Shown piece by piece: positions 8,829-17,246 of a stretch of DNA of 32,000 nt; positions within the stretch are counted from its first letter, which is position 1; each line of letters starts with the position of its first letter. The notes beneath the pieces were generated by a model. The model saw only the letters and a list, made by a program, of their open reading frames with translations. It was not told the origin of the DNA and did no database searches. The position numbers and the translations under genes are program-made. The stretch is from Geotalea daltonii FRC-32 (lineage in GTDB: Bacteria; Desulfobacterota; Desulfuromonadia; Geobacterales; Geobacteraceae): positions 2,940,001 to 2,972,000 of the forward strand of contig NC_011979.1 of NCBI RefSeq assembly GCF_000022265.1, written 5' to 3'.

Positions 8829-9534
8829 AATCAGGCGGCAACATCTTTATCTTTGCCAGATCCACCCCCGTAGAACCTTCCTTGGGGATCAGCTGGCTGA
8901 AATAGTGAATGGATGAGAAGTTGGCAGAGGGTTTCGGTGTGAGGGCGGAACTGAAACGGCTTACGTAGATCAGATATTTGATGCCGTACTGGGCCGCTGT
9001 GGACAAGTTTGTCTCGCTGTCTTCACCAAGTAGCGTCCTTTCAGGATCGTAGCTGATGCGGGAGGCCAACGCAGGCCAGAAAGCCGCATCTTCCTTGGGC
9101 AGGCCAAGATCGTGGGCGGAAATGATGCCGTCAAAGTAGGAGCCGATGCGGGTTTTTCTCATCTTCAGGGTCAAAGTTTTGCTGTGGGCATTGGTCACCA
9201 GGTAAATGGCCTTGCGCTGCTGTCTGAGATAAAGCAGGAACTCGACGACAAAGGGGTGGACGGCGATAAGATGATCCACCTCTTCCTTCAGCAGCGGTAT
9301 ATCCAGACCTAGCTGTTCGGTCCAGTAATCCAGGTCGGTCCAGTTGAGGGTGTTTTCCTGGGAGCGGAAACGGCTGATTAGCATGGCCTTGGCATCTTTC
9401 AGCGCAATACCGTGCTTGTCGGCATAACGTCTCGGCACATGTTCCAGCCAGAAATGATCGTCGAAATGGCGGTCCAGGAGGGTTCCGTCCATATCCAGCA
9501 GGACCGTATCTATGTCTTTCCAGTTCAGTACCAT
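8821..9534 (-). CDS. HAD-superfamily hydrolase (YrfG-like nucleotidase/phosphatase type)
   Basis: 237 aa. HAD motif I is VLLDMDGTLLD near the N-terminus, motif II is LVTNA, and a distal acidic motif is GEDSETN. Substrate cannot be determined from the sequence. Confidence 0.85.
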   Translation of the reverse strand: MVLNWKDIDTVLLDMDGTLLDRHFDDHFWLEHVPRRYADKHGIALKDAKAMLISRFRSQENTLNWTDLDYWTEQLGLDIPLLKEEVDHLIAVHPFVVEFLLYLRQQRKAIYLVTNAHSKTLTLKMRKTRIGSYFDGIISAHDLGLPKEDAAFWPALASRISYDPERTLLGEDSETNLSTAAQYGIKYLIYVSRFSSALTPKPSANFSSIHYFSQLIPKEGSTGVDLAKIKMLPPDFI

Positions 9535-9598
9535 GGATTGTCTGGTTACCTTAAGTCAATATCTTGTTTTAAATAACACCATTAAAGAATTGGAAATG

Positions 9599-9623
9599 AA
9601 AAACCCCGCCTGGAAAGACGGGG
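9599..9623 (-). terminator. Rho-independent terminator after thrC
   Basis: On the - strand: CCCCGTC, loop TTTCCA, GGCGGGG, then TTTTT. It begins ~20 nt after the thrC stop. Confidence 0.6.
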
Positions 9624-9642
9624 TTCTCTTGTCATTACTTAT

Positions 9643-11025
9643 TTAAAGAGCCTTCTCAGCCACGTAGTTCTGTATTGTTGCCCGGTCCGCAGGCATAACT
9701 TCGCAACGGGTCGGCAGCTGTTCTATCCCTTCCAGGGAGCCTGGCAGGGGAGGGCGATTGCCGGTGGCCTTTTCTACTGCTTCGGCAAATTTGGCCGGGT
9801 GGGCCGTAGCCAGGCATACTACTGTGCTGCCTGCGGCGCAATCCTGAGCGGCCTTGACCCCGACCGCGGTATGGGGATCCAGGATATAGGAAGTTTCCAA
9901 GTGAAATGCGGCAATGGTTTCAAGGGTTTCCTCTTCGTTGACAGAGCGGGAAGCAAAGTCTTTGCGCACCCTCTCCAATTCTTCGGCAGTAAAGGTCATC
10001 CTGCCTGTTGCGGCAAATTGACTGAAACATTCGCGGACCCGGGCAGGGCTTTCATCGAACAGGTAGTAAAGGTAGCGCTCGAAGTTGGATGCCACCTGAA
10101 TGTCCATGGATGGAGAGACCGTCTGGACTACCGATCCTTTGGAGTAGTCGCCATCATTGATGAAACGGGTAAGAATGTTGTTCTCATTGGTTGCCAGCAG
10201 CAGTTTTGCTATGGGGAGTCCCATACGTTTTGCCACATATCCGGCAAAGATATCGCCGAAATTGCCGGTGGGAACGGAAAAAACCACCGGGCTTTCCTGG
10301 GAATCGGTTACCCGGAACCATGCGTAGAAATAGTAGACGACCTGGGCCAGGACCCGTGCCCAGTTAATGGAGTTAACGGCGCCCAAGGCATACTGTTCCT
10401 TGAAGGGAAGGTCGTTGAACAGGTCCTTGACAATATTCTGGCAGTCATCGAAGGTGCCATTGACCGCGATGTTGAAGACATTTGCGTCAAGAACGGTGGT
10501 CATTTGCCGCGCCTGAATGGGAGAAGTCTTGCCGTATGGGTGGAGGATGAAGATATTGATGTTTTCCTTGCCCCTGACGCCATAGATGGCAGCGCTTCCC
10601 GTATCGCCGGAGGTGGCACCGACGATGTTCATTTTTCTGCCGCTCTCTTTCAGCAGATATTCGAAAAGGTTGCCGAGAAGCTGAAGGGCAACATCCTTGA
10701 AGGCCAGGGTAGGTCCATGGAAAAGCTCCAGGATATGGACGCCGTTTTTGGCTACGACCGGGGTGATTTCTTCGTGGGCGAAGCTGTCATATGATTTATC
10801 GATGAGGTTTTTCAGGTCGGCGGCGGGAATATCGTCCACAAAGCGGGAGATTACCTGAAATGCCAGTTCACGGTAGGGGAGAGAACGCCATGCAGAAAGG
10901 GTTCCGTCGTCTATGACCGGAAAACGTTCAGGTAGAAGGAGGCCGCCATCTGTGGCAAGGCCCATCATTACAGCGTCTTTGAAGCCAACCGGGGCGATAT
11001 TTCCCCTGGTGCTGATGTATTTCAT
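9643..11025 (-). CDS. thrC: Threonine synthase
   Basis: MKYISTRGN... is the canonical N-terminus, and ELFHGPTLAFKDVALQ is the PLP-lysine region. I prefer the start at 11025; the 29-aa N-terminal extension in the ORF track has no homologous look. Confidence 0.95.
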   Translation of the reverse strand: MKYISTRGNIAPVGFKDAVMMGLATDGGLLLPERFPVIDDGTLSAWRSLPYRELAFQVISRFVDDIPAADLKNLIDKSYDSFAHEEITPVVAKNGVHILELFHGPTLAFKDVALQLLGNLFEYLLKESGRKMNIVGATSGDTGSAAIYGVRGKENINIFILHPYGKTSPIQARQMTTVLDANVFNIAVNGTFDDCQNIVKDLFNDLPFKEQYALGAVNSINWARVLAQVVYYFYAWFRVTDSQESPVVFSVPTGNFGDIFAGYVAKRMGLPIAKLLLATNENNILTRFINDGDYSKGSVVQTVSPSMDIQVASNFERYLYYLFDESPARVRECFSQFAATGRMTFTAEELERVRKDFASRSVNEEETLETIAAFHLETSYILDPHTAVGVKAAQDCAAGSTVVCLATAHPAKFAEAVEKATGNRPPLPGSLEGIEQLPTRCEVMPADRATIQNYVAEKAL

Positions 11026-11074
11026 GGTCTTGTTCTCTCTGTGGAAATTGATTGTGTAGCCATTGAATCCAGGC

Positions 11075-11103
11075 ATCTTAGCAGGTAAGAGGCGAAAAGT
11101 GAA
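11075..11103 (-). promoter_or_regulatory. Weak candidate promoter for thrC
   Basis: On the - strand: TTCACT, a 17-nt spacer, then TAAGAT, ~50 nt upstream of the thrC ATG. Each hexamer matches 4/6. thrC could equally be read through from the upstream operon. Confidence 0.25.
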
Positions 11104-11138
11104 GGGTTGCAAGGCCGTTTTTATTCCTGTGGCCGAAA

Positions 11139-12065
11139 TTATTGTTTTTCTGTCTCCTTGAGCAGTGATTCCCGCTCTTCCATGAGCTGCCGGAATTTCT
11201 TATGGTTACCCATCTTGTCATGGAGCCTGGCCATGAGGAGCAGGTCTTCTGCCGCCGCTTGCCGATCTCCATCGTTCATGCTTACGCTCTGGGCACGTCC
11301 GTAGAAGGAGATGGCTTCTGCATTACTATTCGTATAAGCATAAACATCGGCAATACCACGCAGATCAGCGGCGATTTTTCGACTTTTGCCGAGAGTCTTG
11401 TCCAGTTGGAGAGCCTTGCCAAAAGCATCAAGAGCTTCAGTGGTGCGTTTACTGTTTGAATGAAGAATGCCCAAAAGGCGTAGCGCATTCGCCTCTTCTT
11501 CTGTCTGGCTGTTATTTCTACTTAAAATAAGCGCCTTATCAGCCTGCTCTTTTGCCGCATCATGCTGTTTTCCCAAGTACAGTATCCTGGCAAGCAGGTT
11601 GGTTGCCGCCGTTGTCTTGCTGCCAGTTGCTGCCGCAATTGACTTTGCTGCCCATTCCTGTGCGCCGGCCAGGTTCTTCAACTGGAGTTCGACGCTACTT
11701 TTTTCGAAGGCTACTTCAGAAAAGATATCTGATTTAGGCGTTACCAGTTCCAGTGCCTGATTTACTGCTTTCAGGGCCGAGTCTGCATCTCCCGTGTGGC
11801 GATTGACCCTGGAGATGTTCACCAGTGCCACTAACTTGCCTTCCGTATTATCGACGGACCCGTTTATTCTCAGTGATTCACTAAACTCTTCCAGGGCCAG
11901 CTCGTGGTTTCCCCGGGCCTCGGCCTTGATCCCTCGCAGGTTGTGATTGACAGCCTCCAGCTGAGGCCCTGACAGACGCGGCAGGTCCTTACTGCAACCG
12001 GGACCGATAAATACCAAGAGTAAAAGCACGATATAACAGAAGGTGAATATTCTGGGGCTAATCAT
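11139..12065 (-). CDS. TPR-repeat protein with an N-terminal lipoprotein-type signal peptide
   Basis: MISPRIFTFCYIVLLLLVFIGPGC is a hydrophobic signal ending in Cys (non-canonical lipobox). Repeated ~34-aa A/L/G-rich TPR-like units follow (e.g. ALEEFSESLRI, ALKAVNQALEL, AKEQADKALIL, ALDAFGKALQL, AISFYGRAQSV). The start at 12065 overlaps the stop of the MCE gene by 8 nt. Confidence 0.8.
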   Translation of the reverse strand: MISPRIFTFCYIVLLLLVFIGPGCSKDLPRLSGPQLEAVNHNLRGIKAEARGNHELALEEFSESLRINGSVDNTEGKLVALVNISRVNRHTGDADSALKAVNQALELVTPKSDIFSEVAFEKSSVELQLKNLAGAQEWAAKSIAAATGSKTTAATNLLARILYLGKQHDAAKEQADKALILSRNNSQTEEEANALRLLGILHSNSKRTTEALDAFGKALQLDKTLGKSRKIAADLRGIADVYAYTNSNAEAISFYGRAQSVSMNDGDRQAAAEDLLLMARLHDKMGNHKKFRQLMEERESLLKETEKQ

Positions 12066-13032
12066 GGCTGTCACCTGGGACAAACTGACGTTGATCCGCA
12101 GCCGGGACGTGATTTTTAAATGGCCACATATCCTTAACGGCATTCAGCACCGTATCTGCCCCCTCCATGACGTCTTCAGCCTTGTTTATCAGCTTCGGAA
12201 CCCTCGGCATGGCTTTTTCCGATGTTTTCTGCAACTGCAGCGTGGTCTTTTCCAGATGATCCATGCTTGCATCGACCTTTTGCAGTAATGGGGGAAGGCT
12301 TTTTTCCAAATTGGCCATTGACCTGTCCACCTTTTCCAGGGTAGGACCCAGGGCTGAAACCTTGGCGTTGGTATTGTTCAGAACATCGACTCCGCTTTTG
12401 GTCAGGGAGCTGACATTATCCCTGGAGGAGACGAGCAGGTCGTCCACCTTTTCCCTGGTATCCTGCAACTGCTGAGTCAGCAGCTTTATATTGCCCAGCG
12501 ACTGCTTGATATCACCATTGGGATCATTGATATAGCTGATGATTTCCTTGACCTCAATCAACACCGGCTTGACCTCTTCGGCTATATCATTGGCAACTTC
12601 TTCCAGGCCTTTGCTTTTTTCAAAATTTATCGTATCGCCGTTCTTGAGGACCATTGCCTTGGCGGAACCTGCTGTTACCTCGATGATGCTGTCACCAACC
12701 AGCCCTTCCTTTACCAGTCTTGCACTGGAATCGCTCTTGATCCATTTTTGATATTTCTTGTTAACCTCTATCTCGATATCAACCATAGCCTGTTCGTTGA
12801 GGTTTATGCTTTTGATGCGCCCTATCCTGAACCCCGAAAGTTTCACGGGCATTCCTTTGGCGAAGCCGGTGCCCTTTCCAGTAGTAAACTTCAGCTTGTA
12901 CTTGGGGGTGAGAAGGTCCTTGTCGGCCCCAATGAACAGTACGACTGCCAATGCGCCTACTATGGCAATAGCTGCAAACAGCCCGATCTTCTTTTCCAGA
13001 TGTTTGAAACGGACATCTTCTTCTTTTATCAT
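12058..13032 (-). CDS. MlaD/MCE-family protein (ABC transporter periplasmic component) with a long helical C-terminal extension
   Basis: N-terminal TM helix (IGLFAAIAIVGALAVVLFI), then an MCE domain (GMPVKLSGFRIGRIKSINL...ARLVKEGLVGDSIIEVT). About 170 aa of heptad-like helical sequence follows. ATGA overlap with the upstream gene. Confidence 0.9.
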   Translation of the reverse strand: MIKEEDVRFKHLEKKIGLFAAIAIVGALAVVLFIGADKDLLTPKYKLKFTTGKGTGFAKGMPVKLSGFRIGRIKSINLNEQAMVDIEIEVNKKYQKWIKSDSSARLVKEGLVGDSIIEVTAGSAKAMVLKNGDTINFEKSKGLEEVANDIAEEVKPVLIEVKEIISYINDPNGDIKQSLGNIKLLTQQLQDTREKVDDLLVSSRDNVSSLTKSGVDVLNNTNAKVSALGPTLEKVDRSMANLEKSLPPLLQKVDASMDHLEKTTLQLQKTSEKAMPRVPKLINKAEDVMEGADTVLNAVKDMWPFKNHVPAADQRQFVPGDSHD

Positions 13033-13694
13033 GAGAGCAGTCCCTGATTTATGTGGATGACCCTGGCAGCCTTCATCATGGGAAGGATATCAGGGCTGGA
13101 TGAGATGAAAAGGGAGGTTCTCCCGTCTTTTTCCCCATGGAATTCCATGGCTGTATTTATATAAAGACGTCTTTCCTCATGGTTAAGCCCCAGAAGTGGG
13201 GATTCATAGACCATCAGTTCAGGATCCATGAGCATGGCCCTGGCAAAACCTGCCATTTTTTTATGATGGAACGGCGTGTGACCGGGCAGTTGCATCAACT
13301 TTCCCGGATAACCCACCCTTTTCAGAGCAGAACTACCAATCTTTTCAATCTCGGCGTCGTTCAGTCTGGTCATGTATGAAAGGGGCAGGGTGACGTTTTC
13401 CCATATTTTCAGATTCGAGATGAGACCACCGTTGGCATAGACAAGGCCGATCCGTTTTCGAAATTCATACAGCTTGTTCCCGGTCAAGGAAGACGGGGTG
13501 TTGCCGAAGACGGAAAATTCTCCCCGGTCCGGATCGATGAAACCAAGGATCAGCCTTGCCAGCCAGGCATCAACTTCTTCCTTGGCAGTGATGATGACGG
13601 TCATGGATCCTTTTGTTACTGAAAAAGAGACATCATACAGCAGGTCGCTCCACGCGATCTTCTCAGCTTTTATTATCTCAGGCACATTGTCCAT
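13029..13694 (-). CDS. MlaF-like ABC nucleotide-binding-domain protein with degenerate catalytic motifs (predicted non-catalytic)
   Basis: 221 aa that aligns along its length with ABC NBDs (IDPDRGE, LYEFRKRIG, ENVTLPL, ARAMLMDPEL). The Walker A, Q-loop, signature, Walker B and H-switch positions are all substituted (see findings). Confidence 0.8.
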   Translation of the reverse strand: MDNVPEIIKAEKIAWSDLLYDVSFSVTKGSMTVIITAKEEVDAWLARLILGFIDPDRGEFSVFGNTPSSLTGNKLYEFRKRIGLVYANGGLISNLKIWENVTLPLSYMTRLNDAEIEKIGSSALKRVGYPGKLMQLPGHTPFHHKKMAGFARAMLMDPELMVYESPLLGLNHEERRLYINTAMEFHGEKDGRTSLFISSSPDILPMMKAARVIHINQGLLS

Positions 13695-13712
13695 AATTGA
13701 TGTATTTGCACT

Positions 13713-14486
13713 TTATAAAAGAGATATCAGCGTTATGACACCATCAAGCACGAATACGAGAAAGAGACTCTGCATGACCCCCTTAGTCGCCGCCTGGGGA
13801 ATCTGTGTCGCACTTTTCCCTACGCCGAGTCCGTGTCTGCAACAGGCGGCAGAGAGAAAAAGACCGAAAAACAGGCTCTTGATGAAAGACATCCCCAGCT
13901 CTTTGATGGTCAGTATTGAGAATATGCTCTGGGCGAATTTGTCGAAAGGGACATGCCAGCCGATTGCAGCGACAATAAAACCTCCCAATATGGCGGCAAT
14001 CTCAAAATAGATCGTCAGTATTACTACAGATGTGGTTACGCCGATGATCCTGGGCATTATAAGGTAACGGTCAGCAGGAATCCCCAGGGATTCGATGCTT
14101 TCAATCTCATTGTTGATCTTCATGTAGCCAAGTTCTGTGGCGATAGCAGTGCCACTTCTGGCAATGATAATGATGGCCGTCAACACAGGGCCCAGCTCTC
14201 TGATAATCACCCACACCAGAACGCGTCCGGTCAGTGTCTCGTTCGCCCCGACCAGGCTGATTATCTGGGTGATGATGACAATGCCGATCGTTACCGAGAT
14301 GATGACAATAACTTTCAACGATTCAAGGCCGGTGAAATAAATCTGTTTTCGCAGTACAGCCATGATCGGACGTCTGCCCTGTTTAAAGGAGAGGAACAAG
14401 TTCCTGAAGGCCTGGATGATGGTTTCAACAAGTCCCATCCCGGTCAGCAGCAGTTTCAGTATCCATTTGCCAAGGGCTGTGATCAT
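13713..14486 (-). CDS. MlaE-family ABC transporter permease
   Basis: 257 aa, polytopic. Typical MlaE features: ...QIYFTGLESLKVIVIISVTIG...ELGPVLTAIIIIARSGTAIATELGYMKINNEIESIESLG... Confidence 0.9.
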   Translation of the reverse strand: MITALGKWILKLLLTGMGLVETIIQAFRNLFLSFKQGRRPIMAVLRKQIYFTGLESLKVIVIISVTIGIVIITQIISLVGANETLTGRVLVWVIIRELGPVLTAIIIIARSGTAIATELGYMKINNEIESIESLGIPADRYLIMPRIIGVTTSVVILTIYFEIAAILGGFIVAAIGWHVPFDKFAQSIFSILTIKELGMSFIKSLFFGLFLSAACCRHGLGVGKSATQIPQAATKGVMQSLFLVFVLDGVITLISLL

Positions 14487-14501
14487 CGGTGGGGCACGCT
14501 G

Positions 14502-15257
14502 TCAGAATTCATAGATATTGCCGTCACGCAGCAGCTCGATCTGTTCCACGCCCAGATCGTCAAGTTCGGATGCTATTTTGTCGTAGTGCTGTGGTTTCGG
14601 GTGGGTGATCAGGATGCGTGGCGGCAGATTTTTGATCTTCTTAAGTTCTGTGGCAAGCAGGGCTGGCGTGAGATGTCTGGTCAGAAGCGCCAGCTTTTCC
14701 ATTTCATTGGGAAAGGATACTTCGACAATAAGAGCTGAAATGTTGTCTGTGAAATCCCAGAGCCTGTCCGTGGGGCCGGTATCACCGGTATATATGATGG
14801 ACTTGTTACCTTTGCGGACAATGTATCCCACCGCAGGTACGGTGTGATTGACTTCGACCGCCATGATCTTGTACCCGCCGACTTCCAGCTCCACCTCCGG
14901 AACAATCGGGTTGTATCGTATGACCGGATGGGTGGACGGAATCTTGCTGAAATCGGGCCAGATCACATCGTTGAGAAGGTGTGTACTCAGTGATTCAATG
15001 GTTTCCCTGATGCCGTGAATAGTCAGGCTCTTGTTGAGTTCCTTGATGACGATGTTGTCGGCAAGCATGGGGATGCCACGGATATGGTCCAGATGAGCGT
15101 GGGTAATGAATATCCGTGCAATCGCCCATTGTTCATGTTCTGAAAGCACTGCGCCAATGGTGCCTGCATCGAGCAACAGGCTGTCATCCACCAGAAATGC
15201 CGAGGGGTGAAAATGGGGGAACTCAGCCCCGGCACAACCCAGTACACGTAATTTCAT
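14502..15257 (-). CDS. Metallo-beta-lactamase-fold hydrolase resembling class-II 3',5'-cyclic-nucleotide phosphodiesterases
   Basis: 251 aa. LLLDAGT...ITHAHLDHIRGIPML matches the HxHLDH[LIVM]xG core of the class-II cNMP phosphodiesterase signature as I recall it. The later NDVIWPDF and YTGDTGP segments also fit. GAGGA RBS. It lies 15 nt upstream of the permease gene. Confidence 0.8.
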   Translation of the reverse strand: MKLRVLGCAGAEFPHFHPSAFLVDDSLLLDAGTIGAVLSEHEQWAIARIFITHAHLDHIRGIPMLADNIVIKELNKSLTIHGIRETIESLSTHLLNDVIWPDFSKIPSTHPVIRYNPIVPEVELEVGGYKIMAVEVNHTVPAVGYIVRKGNKSIIYTGDTGPTDRLWDFTDNISALIVEVSFPNEMEKLALLTRHLTPALLATELKKIKNLPPRILITHPKPQHYDKIASELDDLGVEQIELLRDGNIYEF

Positions 15258-15522
15258 GCGATTTCCTCAGTACTTCCGTATTGGCGAGTGGGCTTGTTTG
15301 CCTTTAATTCATGTGCTGCAATTCATACTCGCCCTATGTTATATCTTTTGACTAATGAAAACCAGCAGTTTCTATCAAATACTACCGTGAAACGCTTTTT
15401 CGTCAATGCAAGCAGAAGACCGTTGGGAAGAGGAGTTATGCGATAAAATTTTCTAAAATAAATGCTTGCCTTTTGGCCATCTGCATGATAAAGAGAAGAT
15501 CACAAGTAAATGTTCACTGAAA

Positions 15523-15549
15523 GTGAGCTCCTCCGGCTCACTTTTTTTT
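15523..15549 (+). terminator. Intrinsic-terminator-like hairpin in the rimP-nusA-infB leader (possible attenuator or sRNA terminator)
   Basis: GTGAGC (15523-15528), loop TCCTCCG, GCTCAC (15536-15541), then eight T (15542-15549). It ends 12 nt before the rimP ATG. No + strand gene lies upstream that it could terminate. Confidence 0.45.
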
Positions 15550-15560
15550 ATGGGAAAATT

Positions 15561-16040
15561 ATGGCAAAAGTCGATGTGGTCTCCCGGGTAACCGAACTTG
15601 CAGAACAGGTGCTGTCCTCTCTGGGCATGGAACTTGTCGAGCTTGAATATAAGCACGAGGGAAGAGAACTGGTGCTGCGGCTTTTTATCGACAAGGAGGG
15701 GGGAGTTACCCTCGACGACTGCGAATCGGTCAGCCGGGATTTGTCACAAATTCTCGAAGTAGAAGATATCATCACCGGTCATTATCGTTTTGAAGTGTCT
15801 TCCCCCGGTCTGGATCGCCCCCTGAAAAAGGGTTCAGATTACGAGAAATACGCGGGTAGGCTGGTAAAGATAAGAACTTTCGAAGCCCTGGCCGACGATG
15901 CAGGTAACAAGCGAAAAACCTTTCTCGGCGAACTGAAAGGCCTCAAGGAGGGACAGGTGCATATTGCCCTGAAGGAAGGACAAAGTGCCGTCATCCCCCT
16001 GGATAAAATTGCCAAAGCCAATCTGGAATTCGAATTCTGA
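15561..16040 (+). CDS. rimP: Ribosome maturation factor RimP
   Basis: MAKVDVVSRVTELAEQVLSSLGMELVELEY...LRLFIDKEGGVTLDDCESVSRDLS...YRFEVSSPGLDRPL is typical RimP and sits directly upstream of nusA. I prefer ATG 15561 over 15510, because the 15510 start would read through the terminator hairpin. Confidence 0.9.
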   Translation: MAKVDVVSRVTELAEQVLSSLGMELVELEYKHEGRELVLRLFIDKEGGVTLDDCESVSRDLSQILEVEDIITGHYRFEVSSPGLDRPLKKGSDYEKYAGRLVKIRTFEALADDAGNKRKTFLGELKGLKEGQVHIALKEGQSAVIPLDKIAKANLEFEF

Positions 16041-16086
16041 TTCAGTGAAATAATCTATATCAAGCAGGTATTAAGGAGATAGAAAC

Positions 16087-17229
16087 GTGGAAACGAACTT
16101 CAACCTCAAGCATACTATCGATCAGATCGTAAAAGAAAAGGGGATTGATAAAGATGTGGTGCTGGAGGCTCTTGAGCAGGCTGTTCTGACCGCTGCCAAC
16201 AAAAAATTCCGCAACACCCGTGACCTTGAGGCCCATTACAATCCCGAGATCGGTGAAGTGGAATTGTTCGAGTTTGTGACCGTTGTTGATGAGGTGCAGG
16301 ATTCCTATAAGGAGATCGACCTTGACGAGGCGCGGGAGATCGACCCTGAAGTGGAAGTAGGGGACTCTCTCGGGATGAAGATGGATGCCAGCGGTTTCAG
16401 CCGTATCGCTGCCCAGACTGCTAAGCAGGTCATTATCCAGAAGGTGCGTGAAGCGGAACGGGAGACTATCTTCAATGAATTTCAGGAGCGCCAGGGAGAG
16501 GTTATCAATGGCGTGGTCCGTCGTTTTGAAAAGGGGGATCTGGTGGTGGATCTAGGTCGCGCCGAGGCACTGCTTTCGCATAAGGAGCAGGCTCCGCGGG
16601 AGGTATATCGTCAAGGGGACCGCGTCAAGGCACTCATTACCGAGATCAGAATGACCACCAAAGGGCCGCAGATTCTTCTTTCCCGTACCCATCCAATGAT
16701 GCTGGCCAAATTGTTCGAGGCTGAGGTGCCGGAAATTGCAGAGGGGATCGTCGAGGTAAAGAATGTTGTCAGGGAACCGGGCAGCCGGGCGAAGATAGCA
16801 GTCTATTCCCACGATTCGGATGTGGATCCGGTTGGCGCCTGTGTAGGTATGCGCGGCAGCAGGGTGCAGAATGTGGTGTCCGAACTTCGTGGAGAAAAGA
16901 TCGATATAATTCCCTGGTCCGAGGATGTGGCACGTTTTGCCTGTAATGCCCTGGCTCCGGCAGTCGTTTCCAAGGTCTACGTGGATGAAGACAATCGGGC
17001 CATGGAGATAGTCGTTGCCGACGACCAGTTGTCACTTGCCATTGGCAAGCGGGGACAGAATGTGCGCCTGGCGGCAAAGCTTACCGGCTGGAGGATCGAC
17101 ATAAAGAGCGAGACCCGCGTAGCCGAAGCCGAACTGCTGCAGTTTGCCTCCTACGACGGCACCGAAGAAGAGGCCGTTGAAGAAGAAACCCCTGAGGAGA
17201 TTGCTCCTACCGAAGAATCGGAGGAGTGA
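16087..17229 (+). CDS. nusA: Transcription termination/antitermination factor NusA
   Basis: 380 aa. GTG start 7 nt after AAGGAGA. It has an N-terminal domain, an S1 domain ([21 protein letters not shown]) and KH domains ([26 protein letters not shown]; [25 protein letters not shown]). It ends in an acidic tail and has no E. coli-type AR1/AR2 repeats. Confidence 0.95.
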   Translation: METNFNLKHTIDQIVKEKGIDKDVVLEALEQAVLTAANKKFRNTRDLEAHYNPEIGEVELFEFVTVVDEVQDSYKEIDLDEAREIDPEVEVGDSLGMKMDASGFSRIAAQTAKQVIIQKVREAERETIFNEFQERQGEVINGVVRRFEKGDLVVDLGRAEALLSHKEQAPREVYRQGDRVKALITEIRMTTKGPQILLSRTHPMMLAKLFEAEVPEIAEGIVEVKNVVREPGSRAKIAVYSHDSDVDPVGACVGMRGSRVQNVVSELRGEKIDIIPWSEDVARFACNALAPAVVSKVYVDEDNRAMEIVVADDQLSLAIGKRGQNVRLAAKLTGWRIDIKSETRVAEAELLQFASYDGTEEEAVEEETPEEIAPTEESEE

Positions 17230-17246
17230 TAATCAGAAGTCTGCCC

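Noticed and set aside
15258-15522. Looked for a tRNA (as with E. coli metY) or another RNA gene upstream of rimP-nusA-infB
   Set aside because: I could find no acceptor-stem/T-loop (GGTTCGAATCC-like) pattern or cloverleaf-compatible pairing on either strand. Only a short AATTCAT direct repeat and weak promoter-like hexamers (TTGCCT...TAAAGA) are present. The hairpin at 15523-15549 is reported separately.
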